From the NCBI GenBank assembly GCA_002423205.1, contig DIUZ01000024.1, forward strand, positions 199,891 through 263,890: 64,000 nucleotides of DNA. The letters are read 5' to 3'. Shown here piece after piece: positions 62,186 to 64,000 of this stretch. Origin of the DNA: Micavibrio sp. UBA6145 (GTDB lineage: Bacteria; Pseudomonadota; Alphaproteobacteria; Micavibrionales; UBA1664). Within the stretch, counting starts at the first letter, position 1. The number at the start of each line of letters is the position of its first letter. The position numbers were made by a program, and so were the translations under genes. Below the pieces are notes generated by a model that had not been told where the DNA came from, searched no databases, and saw only the letters and a list, made by a program, of their open reading frames with translations.

Positions 62186-62599
62186 ATGGAAATCATGAAC
62201 GCAATCGGGATCTCAGCTTCAGGTATGCGCGCACAGGGCGAACGCCTTCGCGTCATCTCGCAGAACATCGCGAACTCCGACACCGCCGCCACCATGCCGG
62301 GGGAGGAGCCGTACCGCCGCAAGACCATCACCTTCAAGAACGTCATGGATAAAACCCTGGGCGCGGAAATCGTGAAGGACGGCGGCATTGCCGAAGACAT
62401 GAAAAGCCCGTTCCGCCTGAAATTCATGCCTGATCACCCGGGTGCGGATGCCAACGGTTACGTCAAACTGCCCAACGTGAACACCCTGATTGAAACCATG
62501 GATATGCGCGAAGCGCAGCGTTCATATGAGGCCAATCTGGGTATGATCGACATCGCCAAATCGATGATGAGCAGAACGCTGGACTTGCTGCGCGGATAA
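62186..62599 (+). CDS. flgC: Proximal rod protein FlgC
   Basis: ISASGMRAQGERLRVISQNIANSDT... and the C-terminus MREAQRSYEANLGMIDIAKSMMSRTLDLLR. Confidence 0.95.
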   Translation: MEIMNAIGISASGMRAQGERLRVISQNIANSDTAATMPGEEPYRRKTITFKNVMDKTLGAEIVKDGGIAEDMKSPFRLKFMPDHPGADANGYVKLPNVNTLIETMDMREAQRSYEANLGMIDIAKSMMSRTLDLLRG

Positions 62600-62623
62600 G
62601 CGCGATAATAGACACGAAAGGTT

Positions 62624-62935
62624 TTGATCATGGTCGATAAAGTATCCCAAGCCATAGGCGCCTATCTGAACACTGCCAAGATCGCGGATAAATCCGCGGG
62701 CGGCGGCGACGATGACTCGTTCTCATTCGGTTCGATGATCAAGGGCGCGATCGAAAACGTCGTGAAAACCCAGAAAACATCCGAAGCCGTCTCGGCGCAG
62801 GCGGTTTTGGGCAAGGCCGACCTGACCGATGTGGTGCAGGCCGTGACCGACGCCGAAATGACCCTGCAAACCGTCATGTCCGTGCGCGACCGCCTTGTGT
62901 CCGCGTATCAGGACATCATGCGTATGCCTATCTGA
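62624..62935 (+). CDS. fliE: Hook-basal body complex protein FliE
   Basis: 103 aa. C-terminus AEMTLQTVMSVRDRLVSAYQDIMRMPI is typical of FliE. Confidence 0.85.
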   Translation: MIMVDKVSQAIGAYLNTAKIADKSAGGGDDDSFSFGSMIKGAIENVVKTQKTSEAVSAQAVLGKADLTDVVQAVTDAEMTLQTVMSVRDRLVSAYQDIMRMPI

Positions 62936-63048
62936 TCCTTTAAAATCTGTTTTCATTGCTGCGTTTTTGCGCGCCCGTTTTTGCGGGTTTATGCAAATGC
63001 TGTATTTCGCCGTAGACCGTCCGAGGCATCCCGCGATATCATGGGTTT

Positions 63049-63321
63049 ATGGATCAAGGCATTATTCTGGATTACGGCCGTGAGGCGATCATTCTGACCC
63101 TGAAGCTCGGCGCGCCGACTTTGCTGGTCGCGCTGATCGTGGGCGTGGCTATCGGCCTGTTGCAGGCATTGACCCAGATCCAGGAAATGACCCTGTCTTT
63201 CGTACCCAAGATCGTGGCGATGTTTTTGACCCTGTTTGCGGCCATTCCCTATATGGGGCATGAGCTGATCGAATTCACCCGCCGGATTGCCGACCAAATG
63301 ATCGGGATGCCGATTAATTAG
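63049..63321 (+). CDS. fliQ: Flagellar export apparatus protein FliQ
   Basis: 90 aa with two TM segments. LKLGAPTLLVALIVGVAIGLLQALTQIQEMTLSFVPKI pattern. Confidence 0.9.
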   Translation: MDQGIILDYGREAIILTLKLGAPTLLVALIVGVAIGLLQALTQIQEMTLSFVPKIVAMFLTLFAAIPYMGHELIEFTRRIADQMIGMPIN

Positions 63322-63360
63322 CGTTGGCCGACCGGGTAGGGCAGAGGTACTCTGTTTCCC

Positions 63361-64000
63361 ATGGAATCCCTTCTTCAAACCCTTGCAGTCGCGCAGGTCT
63401 ACACCTTTATGCTGGTGTTCGTGCGCGTGGGCACGGCGTTGATGATCATGCCGGGTATCGGCGACGGATTCGTGCCGCAAAACGTGCGGCTGCTTTTTGC
63501 GCTGGCTTTCTCTGTTGTTGTATCGCCGCTGGTGGCCAAGTTCATGCCGCCCTCCGGGGATATGGGCGCGGCCTTTGTTGCCATGCTGCTGGGTGAATTC
63601 GTGATGGGCGCGTTTATCGGCGGTATCGCCCGGTGCATGATGGCCGCGCTGGATACGGCGGGTATGTTGATCTCCATGCATATGGGGCTTGCGAACGCAC
63701 AAATTTTCAACCCGGCTTTTGCGACGCAGGGGTCGATCATGGGGGCGTTTTTGTCGATCACGGGGGCATGTCTTTTGTTTGCGACCAATCTGCACCATCT
63801 TGTGCTGCAGGCGCTGATCGACAGTTACCGCACATTCCCGCCGGGCCAGATGAGCGTGGCGATGGCCGGCAACATGGCCGATACGTTTTCGAATGCGGTT
63901 ACCAAGTCCTTTGCCATCGGGGTGCAGTTCGGCATGCCGTTCATGCTGATCACCATGATGGTGTATGTGGCGATGGGTATCCTGTCGCGCGTCATGCCGC
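63361..64000 (+). CDS. fliR: Flagellar export apparatus protein FliR (3' end beyond window)
   Basis: Not in the ORF track because it is open-ended. Manual translation from ATG 63361 gives MESLLQTLAVAQVYTFMLVFVRVGTALMIMPGIGDGFVPQNVRLLFALAF..., stop-free to 64000. Confidence 0.85.
   Translation, partial: MESLLQTLAVAQVYTFMLVFVRVGTALMIMPGIGDGFVPQNVRLLFALAFSVVVSPLVAKFMPPSGDMGAAFVAMLLGEFVMGAFIGGIARCMMAALDTAGMLISMHMGLANAQIFNPAFATQGSIMGAFLSITGACLLFATNLHHLVLQALIDSYRTFPPGQMSVAMAGNMADTFSNAVTKSFAIGVQFGMPFMLITMMVYVAMGILSRVMP

Noticed and set aside
62989-63798. 269-aa His/Arg-rich minus-strand ORF
   Set aside because: It is antisense to fliQ and fliR, both clearly identified by conserved TM sequence.

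Overview
This 64-kb window is a high-GC chromosomal segment, about 60-68% GC in spot counts of core genes. It looks alphaproteobacterial because it encodes CtrA, FlbD, FliX and FlbT/FlaF. No similarity search was run: every call rests on motifs read in the supplied translations and on manual reading of intergenic DNA. Positions 1-11.3 kb are housekeeping and envelope genes: a Yej-type peptide ABC importer interrupted by kdsB and a histidine phosphatase, a low-molecular-weight tyrosine phosphatase, a HAD hydrolase, pyrD, pgsA, an MBOAT plus SGNH O-acetylation pair, and ctrA. From 11.4 kb to the window end lies an almost continuous polar-flagellum supercluster. It contains fliI-fliJ, flhA, flhF-flhG, fliF-fliG-fliH-fliN-motA-flbD, flaG, one flagellin gene, flbT-flaF, flgI-flgJ(rod-binding)-fliK-flgD-flgE, fliX, dksA, flgF-flgG-flgA-flgH, fliL-fliM, a motE-like gene, cheY-cheZ, two motB-like genes, fliO-fliP, flgB-flgC-fliE and fliQ-fliR (truncated). 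I found four sigma-54-type promoters (flgI, flgF, flgB, fliM), one canonical CtrA box (flagellin), a recurring TTAAC-N5-TTAA variant (ctrA, fliF, fliM) and several rho-independent terminators. I saw no rRNA, tRNA, CRISPR, transposase or integrase. The most interesting content is the non-canonical cargo inside the cluster. The top item is a low-GC 1170-aa four-module enzyme next to the flagellin gene (methyltransferase, TPR, GT9-like glycosyltransferase, pyruvyl-transferase-like). Others are a tandem MotB-like pair followed by a ~985-aa periplasmic helical-repeat protein, a second Pro/Gln-rich FliK-like protein, a low-GC S41 peptidase, a GHSGG hydrolase, an orphan winged-helix regulator, a 196-aa orphan after flhA, a hairpin-dense flgI-fliX control region, and an AT-rich GANTC-dense island between dksA and flgH.
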